From Paraspadella gotoi (taxonomy: Eukaryota; Animalia; Chaetognatha), in the NCBI GenBank assembly GCA_051294375.1, contig CM119266.1, positions 12,762,081-12,826,080 on the forward strand: a DNA stretch of 64,000 bases. The letters are read 5' to 3'. The notes under the pieces are model-generated. The model ran no database searches, was not told the origin of the DNA, and saw nothing but the letters and a program-made list of their open reading frames with translations. This document shows, piece after piece, positions 1 to 12,476 of the stretch. Position numbers and translations under genes: made by a program. Position 1 is the first letter of the stretch. The number at the start of each line of letters is the position of its first letter.

Positions 1-395
1 CTGTCAGAACATACAATTCTACATGGTAGTCTTATCACTATTGGTAAAAAAAATCATATATAACGTTGGTCCCCCTCAAAAAATTATCCATTCCCACCCC
101 TTTCTGTTCAGCCTCTTAGATATTATGATTTTTTCATTAATGACTTTCTAACAGAAATGATGTGTGATTTCTATTAGAAAACTAGGACAGAAAGTAATCT
201 AACCTTGTTTTGTATAGATGCTCCCTCTACTTCCAAAGACAGCACTGACTTTCCCTTCCCAAATTAAATTATTAGATAAATAAAACATTTTTAAAAAATA
301 AAGCAATATATAGTTGATTAAATAATATAAATTAAATACTAAATCCTTCATAAAATATAAAAATAGTGAAACAAGTAATTCGCAAATTTTCATAC

Positions 396-3011
396 CTAGT
401 TTTCCTTGACGACGACGATCTTTAAAGAAAAACGAAAGTCACTATTTAAAATAGAGTATGTTTAAAGGGTTGCTCACCTTCGGGTTTCTATTGTTCTTTC
501 CCGCATATATCTCCTAGAATTAACATAGCGAAGTTTCTTTTCATAAGTTTGTCGGTAGGTTTCTTCTTCGTCGACACTCTGGCGACCGCCTTGATCGTCT
601 TTCAATTCTAAAAAGATGAATATTTATGATAATTATTAATTAATAAATATAAACTTTTTCAACAATATTTAACTAGCGCACGAAGGTACTTGCCGTGCAA
701 AAGCGGCGGAGGTTTAGGACTAAACCCTTGTTCGCTATCGAGCGGTTTGACGTTTTCGGTCACTTTGAAAAAGAGCTGCCTGGTTCGCCGGAGCTGCAAC
801 TGTTCCTTCGTGAGCCCGGGCTCGTCGCCGAGAAGAGAACCCTGACTGCCGCGTCGCTGCGACGTAGTAAAATTAGATTCTGGAAGGAATGACGGAAGAT
901 TAGCGTCATTTTCGTGCGTCAGCAAACGAAGACACTTTTCCTAAAGTGTTTACCAGACTTAGGAGAAAACGCGGGCGACGAAAAGGTTTTAGCCAGGTGC
1001 AGCCGATTTTCTTCGATGGGTTGAAGATCACTATTGCTTCTCATTCGATCGACATCTGGCCCATCCTTAAAACAAATATCATAAAATACATATAAAATAC
1101 ATGTATGTAATATATACAATAAATATATATAATAAATTTTCATATCACATCACATTTATTTTCTAACAAAGCTCTCACGTTATCGTTTAAACTGGGCTCA
1201 GAGGTGGAGCGCGAATTTTTGACGCCGGGAAGCATATTAAACAGCGAACCGGGCGATGGATGGACGTTAATCAGAGGGCGTGGCGTCACCACCGACGACT
1301 GCCGGGCGCCGTGATCAGTTCCGTCGAGGTGCGACGGATAAACGACAGCGTAGGGCTTAATTATATTGTCTTCATCCTCATCGGCGTCGACGCGGAAGTA
1401 CGTTGAGGGTGTGCTCGGTTTGTGCGGTGGCACCGGCAGGGGAGAAAAAGACCTCTTAATTTGCTCGGATGCGGAAACCGACACCGATACGGCGGACGGG
1501 AGAGTAGAGGAATGCTGTAAAGCGACGGTGGGCAAGGACGGAATGGACGGTTCGCTGTAAGTGGAGACAGCGGCGGCGGCTTTTTTGCTCTCGATGAATT
1601 GTTTGCGGGTAAAGAGAAGCAGACGGTCGTAAGAGGATCCGAGTTCGTCGGATTCCTTCTCAACGTCGCCAGCCTCGTCGCCGACCGCGGAATAATAGTT
1701 TTTTTCGACGTTATCTTCCGATGCAGAGGCGAATCGTCGCTCAAACTGCTCGACCAATCGCGGATCGAGTTCAACGTAATTGGTAGAATTGTCTGATGCT
1801 GTCGCCGCAATCTCAACTATTTCGGCGCGCGTTCTCGACCGGCCCTTCGATCCATGGAGGAAAGAGTCACGACGGTGAGTGGAGATGTCGCCGGTAAGAG
1901 GAATGTGTTCATCGCCGCTCCTGAATCTCACGTTCTTCTTGGGAGAGACGGAAATCTCGGAGAGAGATGAAGACGACGACAAAGACTCAGCGACGCTCGG
2001 GTTAGACGCGACCGCCTCGCCGAAGTTCGTGGTCATGGGACGAGCGGGCGCAGACGAATTAGGGCCGAAGCGTAAAGTCGGCAGGGCAGACGCCGGTCGG
2101 GCGGTAGAAGGATGTGGTTTTTGACGAAACACGACGCCGGTAGCGTCTTTTGAGGGAGCCTTCAACGCCGGCGAGCTCCCGACTTCCCTAGGAAATCGAG
2201 CCATCGGTGAAACGTTTTCGGCGGATTCCGGCGGAAGAGACAGATCATGGGATTCAAAGAACGAGATGCGCTTCTTGATGCCGCTCCGTTCCTTCGTTCG
2301 AATCTCGTCGGCCGAAGTAAAAATGGGCGAGGAGGGAGATTTGCGAAGAATCCCGGCGTCCTTGATGGCGGAAAGTTTGGGCCGCGGGACTAAGAACGCA
2401 CTGTTTTGGCCGGTAGTGTTAGCTTTCAGGCCAGATTTAGAGATCGGAGCGAGGCCTGTGAAAGTTGGTTTAACAGCGCTCGTCGTCCAACCGTTTGTGG
2501 TAATTATTTTCGCAGGTACGTTCTTGACTCCGACGTCCCCCGTTCGAAATCTGGAATTTGTGGATGCCTTCGCCGCCAAGCCACCTTCGTCGTAGATGTT
2601 ATTCTCGTCTTCCGTTTCGTTCGTCATGTTTTTTGAATACGAGGGGATAGTCAAGGCCTTTGGTGTCGAATGCAACGGAAATGACGAGGATGTGGGATCA
2701 GATGGTAGCGAGATTCCGTAGACTGTCAAGGGACGGATAACCTTGACAAAATTTTAAATCATGATTAAAACGTTATTAAAAATTTAAATTCAAATATAAT
2801 TTTTCAAATATAATTATTTATTTACTCGATTCGACTGAGAAACGTCATTTCGCCACCAGCGTTGGTCGTTGTTATCATTGTTGTTGGAGTCGCTATCGAG
2901 GAGAGATTCCGTCGATCGGGTCTTGCGCAGGTTGGAGAGGCTCTTTTTTCCCTCTGGCGTCTCGATGGGATGCTCGAACATCGACCTCAGGTGAGCTATT
3001 CGGGAAGACAT
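396..3011 (-). CDS. Uncharacterised Ser/Pro-rich, probably disordered protein; multi-exon, 3' end uncertain
   Basis: In-phase exons 3011-2826, 2741-1179, ~1065-954, 879-~695 and ~607-478 with GT(GC)-AG boundaries. The 529-aa ORF forms the core. No recognisable domain. The gene may continue past the window start. Confidence 0.6.
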
Positions 3012-3556
3012 CGTGAATTTTATTTCCGACTCGAATCGTCATCGTGTCTATTAGCAATACAAGCGAAAGAGAGCAAGGCGCTTTACGATAAGTCTATTGC
3101 ATTCAAAGCGGCCCAAATACTCCAAAGAGTTTATCAGGCACATTTTATCGGTTGGCTAAAAATTAAAAAAAAGTTAACATGCATTCTTGCCGAAAAAAAA
3201 AACGCTCCGAAAAAAAAATGATCTTATGAAAACCGGCACCAAGTAAAAGAGAAACTGCAATCGTAAGAAGAATAAGAAGAAGAATAATTAAGAAAAGAAG
3301 GGTTGGTCCTGGCGTAAGCTTAGCTGCTGTTCATCAGGACGTGTCTTCTTCCGGTCTTACCGACGATTTATCTTTGCTCTTCCCATATCTTCAACAAGTT
3401 AAAAATTCAGAGCTGAAAAATTAAGTTGTTAAAAAACAATAACAATATCAAAAGTAAATTATCACAAAAGAAAATGAGCCTGATTAAAGAACAAACGGAT
3501 GGATTTTAGAGCTTTCTCAGCGTCTAACTGCGTTATTTATAAATCAAGGTTTAGCT

Positions 3557-6500
3557 TTATGAAGATGGGAAATTGATCCTTTTTCCCCGACCGCGAGCAG
3601 CACGCCTCCTTTTTCCGACGGACGCGCGTTCCAATATATCGGACATGGCGGGAATTGACCCATCGGACTCGGCCGACGTAGGCGCGGGCTTTCGCAGGGG
3701 CAAATCGCTGACCTTGAAAGGAGAATCGATGACCGAGAGCGGTTCGGTTTGCAGAGAGGCGGAAGGCGATCCCAAATCGTGGAATTTAGACGGAAGAAGA
3801 GAAACGGGGTCTTTTTTTACCGGAGAGAGAGAAATGCGATGAATAATGCCTTTGGCGGCGCCCCGGGCCGCCTTTCGGGGCGAGGGAAGAGGGGCGGAAG
3901 CGGCGATCTGTCCTTTATCCGTCAAACGGGTGGAAGGATGATATCGAGCCAATGGCGTGGTCGGAACCGGAGATGGAAGGGCCGACACGCTTTCCGGACT
4001 CGTTTTGTTGACAAAGAGCGAATTGTTAGCTTCCGGTGTCCGGAAAGAGTCTTCGAGATTGGATAAGTTGGAGGGTGTGCCGTAACAAGAATAAGGCGTG
4101 AGCGGAATGTTATCGTTTACATTGGACTTAAAGGGCGTTGAACGATAATAAAGTTTTGATTCTGTGCAGAGATTTATTTCCGTTGACAGTTTTCCTGTTT
4201 CGTTCTGATCAAAAAGTCGACCGGTCGATGTTTCTTCGTAACCGGTTTTCCCGTTCACGGTTGGGGTACCCAGGTAATTGCCATTAGCGAAGGTTAAAGT
4301 GGAGTCCAAATTATATGAACAAGCATCTTCCATCTTTCCAGGAGATTCAGAAGTTTTCTCGGTGACTGTTGAAGTTTCAACTTTATCGGCGTTCGTTTTT
4401 AGGTAAGCCATGTTCTCAGGTTTGACTCTGTCATTTTCGTCACTCGTCGCTTCGTTTTTGCTTTTCACTGCAAGAGTCTTTAGTTCTGCCTCCTTGACTC
4501 GCACGAGAGGGATGCTCGGCTCGAAACGCGCCGGGCGAATCTCGACGATTGAGTCGACGACCTCGGGATCGCCAGGGACATTCGGGCTTTCTGGAACTGC
4601 AGGGTGAGGGAAAAGCTCGTTCGGCTCTTCCTTGGGATCATCGTCAAGATCGAAGGGAAGCTCGCAACCTACGTAAGCGCCATTATCCACGGCGTATCTG
4701 TGGAATAGAAGAACGTTGATAAAGAAGAATGTCTTTATAAAAGAAGCGCCTCAGTAGCTAAAAAAGGCGACAACCTCACGAGCGTTTTCCAACAATAGTC
4801 CATGCACAACAAGTGGGGATTGCCGACCACGACGAGCAACGACTGGGCGCGAGTTATTGTCACGTTGAATCGCTTGGGGTTCGACAAGAAACCGAGATTG
4901 TGACGTTCGTCGTAGTTGACAAGCGATTCCTTTGCGCGGACGGTGGAGACGATAATGACAGGCCGCTCCTGCAGTAAGAAATTCAACTTATATCTCACCT
5001 ATCAATGTTGTCGCCAAGAAAAATTGGAACCATCGATTTCAACGAACCTGTCCCTGAAACTCTTCCACGCTCCCGACTTTAATGCCGTCGACCTTCATTT
5101 CGAAGAGCATGTTACGGATCTTCTCCACTTGCTTCCTGTAAGGAGTGATGACACCGAGGTCTTCGACATCGAGCCGCAGTTCCTCGTCGGCCAACAGAAG
5201 CTTTACGTATTTGACGACGACGAAGACCTCGGCAGGATTGAACCAAGAGGGAGACGTTCCTTCGCGGACGTCTTCCCCGCGGACTCCATCGAAGACAAAA
5301 GGGAACCCGCGGCGGGGAAGGCCGGACCAGGAAAGGCAGCGACGGACAACGGAAGAGGGGCCTTGTAAAGAAAAATATAAAGTTGGTTAATTGAAAACAG
5401 AAAATTGAAAACCGAACAAAAACAATAAAAATAAAAAAATTATCTAACCTTTAGTGTGGAGCTCATCGTCGTAAAATAGTTGACTAGATATTTTTAACAA
5501 AGACGGGTGGGATCTGTAATTATCGACGAGTTTGGTTACGACCAAGGGATTGTAGCATCCATGATCACCAAACTTCTCCGTATTTCGGCTATAAATAGGT
5601 AAATCGGTGAGCCGTTCGAGAAAAGACAACCCTAAACCGTAGACGCTAGGAGACAAAAGAGACAAGTAAAATCGCAACACTCAATAGACAGAAAACAACT
5701 AAAACACAAGTTCTTACTTAGCTCGTTTGGACATAATAACTGGACCAAGCTGCTTCGGATCTCCCGCTAATACAATCTGCGCTTCGGAGTTTCCCGCGGC
5801 AAAACCAAGGGGAAGCATGATTTCGGGCTCGATGGCCTGTCCCGCTTCGTCCACGAAAATATGAGTAAAATGACCAGAGGGCAAACCTAAACAACGTACA
5901 ATATTTAGATTATTCAATTAAATATTTTTTCAGGGTCGTTGACACGTTATTTTTTTTATACCTAATTGATATAGCTGGCCAACTTGAGAGCATGTGCTTA
6001 AAATGATTTTATGATAAGCGACGTGTTCGACTTCGTCCGCAGTCATGCAGTAGTCTGCAATTATTTCCGGCATCGTGGCTTCATCGCGGTTGTAAGCGTT
6101 AAACCTTGTTCACGAGGCAAAATACAGAAAGTAAAACAATTAAACATCTATGAGTAAGCTTTTAATATCGCAACACGGTCGTCTACCTGACCATGTCGCC
6201 CTGTCGCAATACGCCGCTCGCGTGGAGTCGCTCGGCGAGCAAGTCGGCCGCGGCGTTGGAAGGAGTGCAAGCGAGAATTCTAGAGGAGCCGATGCAGACA
6301 AATATTTGTAGTATCGCCTCGCAAACTGTGACGGATTTTCCGGTGCCGGGAGGACCGTATATGACGTAGGGAATGGGCCGTGCAATGGCCTTTAAAATCC
6401 GTTCCACGGCCGCCTTTTGACGTTCGTTCAATTTTCGGTTGAAGAAAAAGCGAGAGCCGGAAGCACTTTCTTTAGAAGTTTCTGCAACGTAAGTTAGAAG

Positions 6501-9500
6501 AGGTAAGTTTATTTAATCCCACTTCAAAAACGATTAGCGTCCTTACCCTTAACCGCCAAGGGGGACAGATATTTCTCAGATGTTGAAAGGCCAACACGAG
6601 TCACCAGCCACCGTTCGAATCCAAGTGACGGGGTGTACGGTGTTATAAAGTCAGGCAAATAGACGGAGTTGATGGCGTTAAAATTAAAGGACATCTCCAA
6701 CTCCGTCACGTCATCCGGACACGCGGATAGCAAAGCGAAACGCATCTCTTCGTCCTCCCCACTTCCGGTTGTAGGTGCAACAACAGCGTCGACACGATGG
6801 TAACTTTGCAAAATGCGGTCGCGACATTCGCTCTGATCAATCCAGGAAGGCCTATCGCCGACAGAAGTGTTTTTGGTTGGGCGTAAAGAACAGACATGTG
6901 GTAAGCGTGTGATTAAATTTTCCGGAAATAACACGTCTACACCTGTAATGTATAAGGCGAGAAGTGTAAAAAACTTAAAATAGATAGGCTCGAGTTCAAG
7001 AAGCAGTTACTTACCCAATTTAAAACCGTGATTAACGGCCATATGCGAGCGACGCATTGTCATGCGGCTCTCCACGAACCTAATGTCAAAACTGGCCGAA
7101 TTGAAGCTCGAATGAAACGCGGGATGAAATTTCAAATAGATTTCGTCTCTGAAAATTTAAAGGTAATATGGCATCATTTTTTTTTAATAACTAGCTCATT
7201 GACAAACAAACATACTTGGTAACCCTATGAATAATGCCTTCATAAAGTGGACCATCGAGGCTTCCCGGAATGCTGGCGATGGCTTTGTCACCGAGCATGA
7301 GCGAAGGTCTTCCCTCGGAAAGTCCTTCTACGTGCAACGCGAGGAACTCTCCCTTTGGAATCATGATCGATTGGAACAGATCAAACTGGCGCATTTCAAT
7401 CTGACAAATGAATGATTAATTAACGACAGTTCATTCTGCACCTGAAGGCGAAGCGTCTACTTACGAGACAGTGAATCTCCTCCAGGAACAGAAGCAAATG
7501 CATCTTCTTGAGGTAGTTTAAGGGCGTCAACTCTTCGCGTAATAGGGGATATTCTTGCAGCAATTCGTCTCCGTGAGTATTGCACACTTAACAAAAATAC
7601 CTCACATTACTTAAAAAGCGATTTAATTATTCGTCCGTCGCCATAATTTAACACTCCTTCGTCCTTACCAGCCTCTTGTAGAGGGTGCGGAATTTCGAAA
7701 GGAGGGACCTTGTTGGGCGTTTGAATGATGATTCGTTCCTTTTTCGACGAGAAGCGAGGTCTTTCCCCGGGAATGACGACATTATTGGCGTCGCGTCCGA
7801 AAAGTCTCAAGGTCGCCTCTTTCCTCTAATGATTAAACAATATGTGTAGAGAAGCGTTGTGTTACGACTGCAAACTTTGGTCATCGAAGTATTTTATTAC
7901 TGACAATTTTTAAATGTCGTTTCTCATTTACAAATATTGTCATAAGCAAAAAACAACAACAAAACAACAACAGAAATTCCCCGATTCGAACCTCTTGGGA
8001 ATCTTCTATATTCCTCCGCTGAAAAGGTTGAAAGGGCGAGAGTTTATGAAAGTAAACGTAAGATTCCGGAGGCTTAACGTTGACGCAGACGGATTTGGCG
8101 ATTTCAAATTTTCCGAAGTCAAAAACGAGTAGTCGCTCTTCTTTGCCCATGTGCAGGGGTGTGCAAGTCACGTTCACATTTATTCTTCCACCGGGGGGTA
8201 TGGTTTGAGCGGCATCCGACTTGCCCTCCGGAAACTAAAATTTACATATGGTTTTACAAAACTTCAAAAGTTCTACCGACCTCTATTACTCTACACCAAA
8301 AATTAATGACCTGTACTCCAAATTGGGAGACCTGCCCCCTGACGTTTGCCAAACGGGCTTTGAGTAGAGTCTGTTCCATCGTTCCCGAGTTGTTAATCCA
8401 AACAGGACGCGGACGAGGCGCGAACGTTCCTCGTACTCGTTGTCGATCGGCTTCATCTTTTGAAGGATCAAAGTCACAGCCGCCATTCGGGTTGAAGGGA
8501 GCGCGATTGTTGAAGGGTTCAAAATCTGGGTCGCCCTGAATCAGTTCGGAAGATTGAGGTGGAATGGGATCTATACGAAGTAGAAATAAATGGACGAACA
8601 AAACTGACCAAAAACGCGATACCGAAATCGAGGTCTCCCGTGACCTCGACGCCTTCCTTAGCGCAGCATAGCGCGTCAAAATCGATCAGGGCCTTTTTGA
8701 GAAAGTCGTTGCGATGAGGTTTCCTGACAAAGTCGTTTATTCTATCTTTATACAATCTTTTTCCGCGACTATAGAGCGAAGCGATCACAGACACGTCGTA
8801 CCTCTGAGCTCGATCGTCGGGGTTAAAGTTGACCACTACGGCCCGCCATTGCCAAGAATTTTTAGCTCGCGATCGGTGACTACGCGTTTCAACAGCTTTT
8901 CCTTTAACGGGATCTCCGAACCGGGGAGAAGTTTTTTCTGCCCATGCGTCGGCGAAAAAAATAATGTCACCTGAAAAAATTAAATGAGAAAGTGCGTGAC
9001 GCTTTATTTCGCAATACATACAGGTTGAAATAAATAAGGCTCAAGGGCTAACCTTTTCCTTTATAATCTATGAAGCCCTGAAATCTAGAGGCGTTCCAAA
9101 AGTTGATCGTTCCCTCGAAATTGACACATCGAACCGGTTCCACAGAAGTGACAATCTCGACTCGTCCCTGAAAGAAAAACGCCCATTCTATTGGATGACT
9201 AAATCAAAATCAAAAAGACAAACGTCTTTACCTTTCCTTGATCATCGCTGATCTCGAGCTGATAGTTGACCCAGTCGCCTTCTTTGAGATCGAAGCCGAA
9301 ATGTACGACTTCTTTAACAAACGGAATCCCCGGACCTGTAAAAAAAAAAAAAAACCGCTGACTTTATATAATTTCACGGCGAATCCTTATCAGAATTTCC
9401 TTTTGTTACCCTCTATTCTGTACGTACCAATACTTCCGGTGCCATCTGCGTTGACGTGATGAACGCGTCCCACTTTTCTCTGCGACTTCCACGCAAAGTC

Positions 9501-10140
9501 GTCGCGTTGCTCAGCCTCGTTGTTCGACGATGCTTCACCGCCGTCCCGCTCACATGTCTCCGCCTCCAAAGGCTGGTCATCTTCGGACGAGGAATCCTCG
9601 TTGCTTTCGTCGGTGGTGTCTTCAGCCCAAGCGCCTCCCAAGTTGGTGACCAAATTCAGGGTGGCGACTCTCCACCCGGCCGATGGATTCGTACGCGTCG
9701 CACGCCCAGTTACCTGCGACGTTTTGATTTATTCGTATTCGGCCATTACAACTTTGAAGGAGGAAAATCAAAATCCTTTTGACAGAGCCATCGGAGGAAA
9801 TCTCGCTACCTTGCTACCAACACGCAAAGTCTTCTTCCTGTCGAACTTCCCCCTGTCGAAGGTGATTTCGCCATCGATCAATCCGTGATCGGCGTGAAGA
9901 TTGGTCACGCGACCTATGTATCGAGTGAAACAAACAAAATGAACTAATCTACTGTTCCGTACAAATTGCTATCTAAAACATATTGAACAAACCTCGATAT
10001 TCCTTCTCCTCTATTTTCTGGAGATGGAGATAACTAAGCGCGGGGCCATTCTCTTTCGATGCTGAAGATGAAGCTGCTTGTTCATCTTCTTCGTCATCGC
10101 CGAGAATAAATTTGGCAACATTGTCTAACAGGCTCAGCAT
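3557..10140 (-). CDS. MOV10L1: MOV10L1/Armitage-like UPF1-family (SF1) RNA helicase, piRNA pathway
   Basis: N-terminus [11 protein letters not shown]; GLSEGRPSL; helicase motifs [56 protein letters not shown]; [11 protein letters not shown] after the helicase; many short GT-AG introns. Confidence 0.9.
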
Positions 10141-10302
10141 GGCGAAAATCCCAAATTTTTAAAGGAAAAAAAGTCGTTACATCTTTTGAATAAATTTAAA
10201 TGAAATGCTCCTATAAATTAAAGACAGGTTCAAAAATTAAACGAATTACACGACAGGATTCGACGATAAAACGAATTATGTATAACATCTCATGACTCAA
10301 TG

Positions 10303-11233
10303 TTAAGTGTTATTATTCATCGATGTGATATCCGATATCTTCTTTACTAAAATAATAGAGCGTTGAAACCTATCGGCGGCTTGCACTAAATACTCGTCAA
10401 TCGGCAGATGTTCCTGCCAGTCGGGAAGGGATAATTCTCGATGCATAGTCCTCTTGACATGATCAGCTACCTATAAAATACCCATATATTAAGGATTTTC
10501 TGAAGGTCGATGCCAAGCTTTCATTAATTACCCCGGTCATCAGATTTACCTCTGGCAGCACCTCAAACGAGGGCTTGGATCTCCGAAAATTAGTCAAGCT
10601 ATTTTTTCCTCTGACTACGACGCCGGAGCGAAAGAATGTGCCATCTTCCAAAGGAAGGTGGATCGGAAGTTTGACGCTCCACAAGAGGCGGTTATCTTCG
10701 CACTGTACTTGTAGTCCATCGGTGAATGCTCCATGGAGCCGGTCCACTTGTTCCATCAGCACGGGAGAAATGGCGGGATTGGCCACTAGACGTTTCAACT
10801 GAAAATTAGCGTATTTTTGTCGAAATTCTTGAAGGCATCTCATAGTGCCTGAAACGAAATAAAAATGGAAAGAGGAGGAATGCCAACGAACACTAGTTAC
10901 CAAGAACAATAAAACGGAAAACTCACTAAGAGTATCCTCTGGATCGTAGTCGACCAAAGACTTCAAAAGCGGACAGAACCGATTTTCGTTCAACCCCTCT
11001 AAGACGAAAATCTCCGGACATTGTCGATACCGCGTGGGAAAGAAGAGATTAATCGTCAAAAAGATGCCAGCATAAGGAAGTCGGAGTTCGTATCCGCCAG
11101 GGAAATTTTCGATTACGCGAATATCGACGTCGCGTCCGTCCGTAAATTCTGAAGACTGAGCGACGGCACGAATCTGTCGCCGGGCAATAACGTCGTTCTC
11201 GATCGTGCGCGCTCGATGAAGATCGTGATTCAT
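10303..11233 (-). CDS. BABAM2: BABAM2/BRE (BRCC45)-like UEV protein, about 257 aa, C-terminally short
   Basis: Exons 11233-10927, 10848-10550, 10470-10303. ELRLPYAG...FFPTRY..CPEIF, CLQEFRQKYANFQLKRL and LSLPDW...IDEYL resemble BRE as I recall it. Confidence 0.65.
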
Positions 11234-11413
11234 CCTTTTCGATTAGATTTAGAACTGTGACTTAAAATAATGCACGGACTGGTAAGTGGGGAAAAACAAA
11301 ACGGTTCGATACGATCGAACAGAATCAACATTATTAGTGGATTGCTTAAAAATGATTAGCTTCGACCTTTCCGTTAGATAAAAAATTATTCCAAATTTTA
11401 TAGAAGCGGTTAT

Positions 11414-12382
11414 TTAACTTTCCAGCGTTAATACGTCGCTTTGAGGAGTAAGGTTAATTAAGGTCGATGAGGCAGCGGCTAAATCGCTGATGGAAATGCG
11501 ACCGTGAAGCTTTATAAACTTGGCGACCTCAAGCATCTCTTCCATGGAGACGTGGATAAACTTTCCGCGGTCGTCGATGACGCCGGTTAATCGTCCCATG
11601 GCCTGAAGGTCTTGCACTCGTTGAATAGCTTCTTGCGTTCGAAGGGAAAAGTGCGAGGCGAGATCCTCCATCAGAACGACTTTCTGCGTTTGAATGTAGT
11701 CGATGAAGCGTTGCAGCAACGCCTGCGATTCTTCCTCGGAGGCTACAAAGGCTTCACCCTCTTCTTCCACCGCAAATGCGGCCTTAAGCTTGAGATACTC
11801 CTCGTGCTCCTTCCTTTCCTCCTCCTCTTTGCGCAGTCGTTCCTCCTCGGCCGAGGCCGCCTCCTCAGCTTCCTTCACCCGTTCTTTTTTTCTTCTCTCC
11901 GCCTCCGCCTTTTCCTCGCGCTTTTTTCTTTCCTCCCTTTCCTCCAACTCAACCTCCCTCATTCTCCTCTTCTCCGCCTTCTCCTCGAGCTTTCTCATTT
12001 TCTTGGCGCCGATCTTTCCGTCCAGCGGAGCGTTGACATAGTCGAAAACATCTCCGACCCCGCGGTCATCGTCATCTTCGTCGTCTTCGTTATCGTCGTC
12101 GTCGTTGTTAGATCGAGCCGGACCCTGAGCCATACGACGACGTCTTCGAGCGCCCGGGGGCAAGTCCCGCCCAGCTCTCACAGGAACCTAATAATGGCAC
12201 TGCTTCTTTGAAACATGGTAATATAAACCAATGACAATGTAAAAGACCCATTGACTATTTGCCTGTCGATTCTGTTGAACATTTTCGACATCTTTTTTGT
12301 CGTCCTTTCTTTTTGTTATGAAAGTTAAAACCAGAAGAATCGCTGCTAATACTACAGCGATACAGATCCAAACTTCCAACAT
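11414..12382 (-). CDS. DDRGK1: DDRGK1/UFBP1, UFMylation adaptor
   Basis: N-terminal signal-anchor, KIGAKK, E/K/R coiled coil, [12 protein letters not shown] signature. One intron ending at acceptor 12188. Confidence 0.95.
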
Positions 12383-12476
12383 GGTTTTAATATTCTATGA
12401 CGTTTCTTGACAAGAGCTAATGAGAACCTAAAAGAAAGCATTAAAAAGAAAATACAATTAACAACGTAAACCAAAC

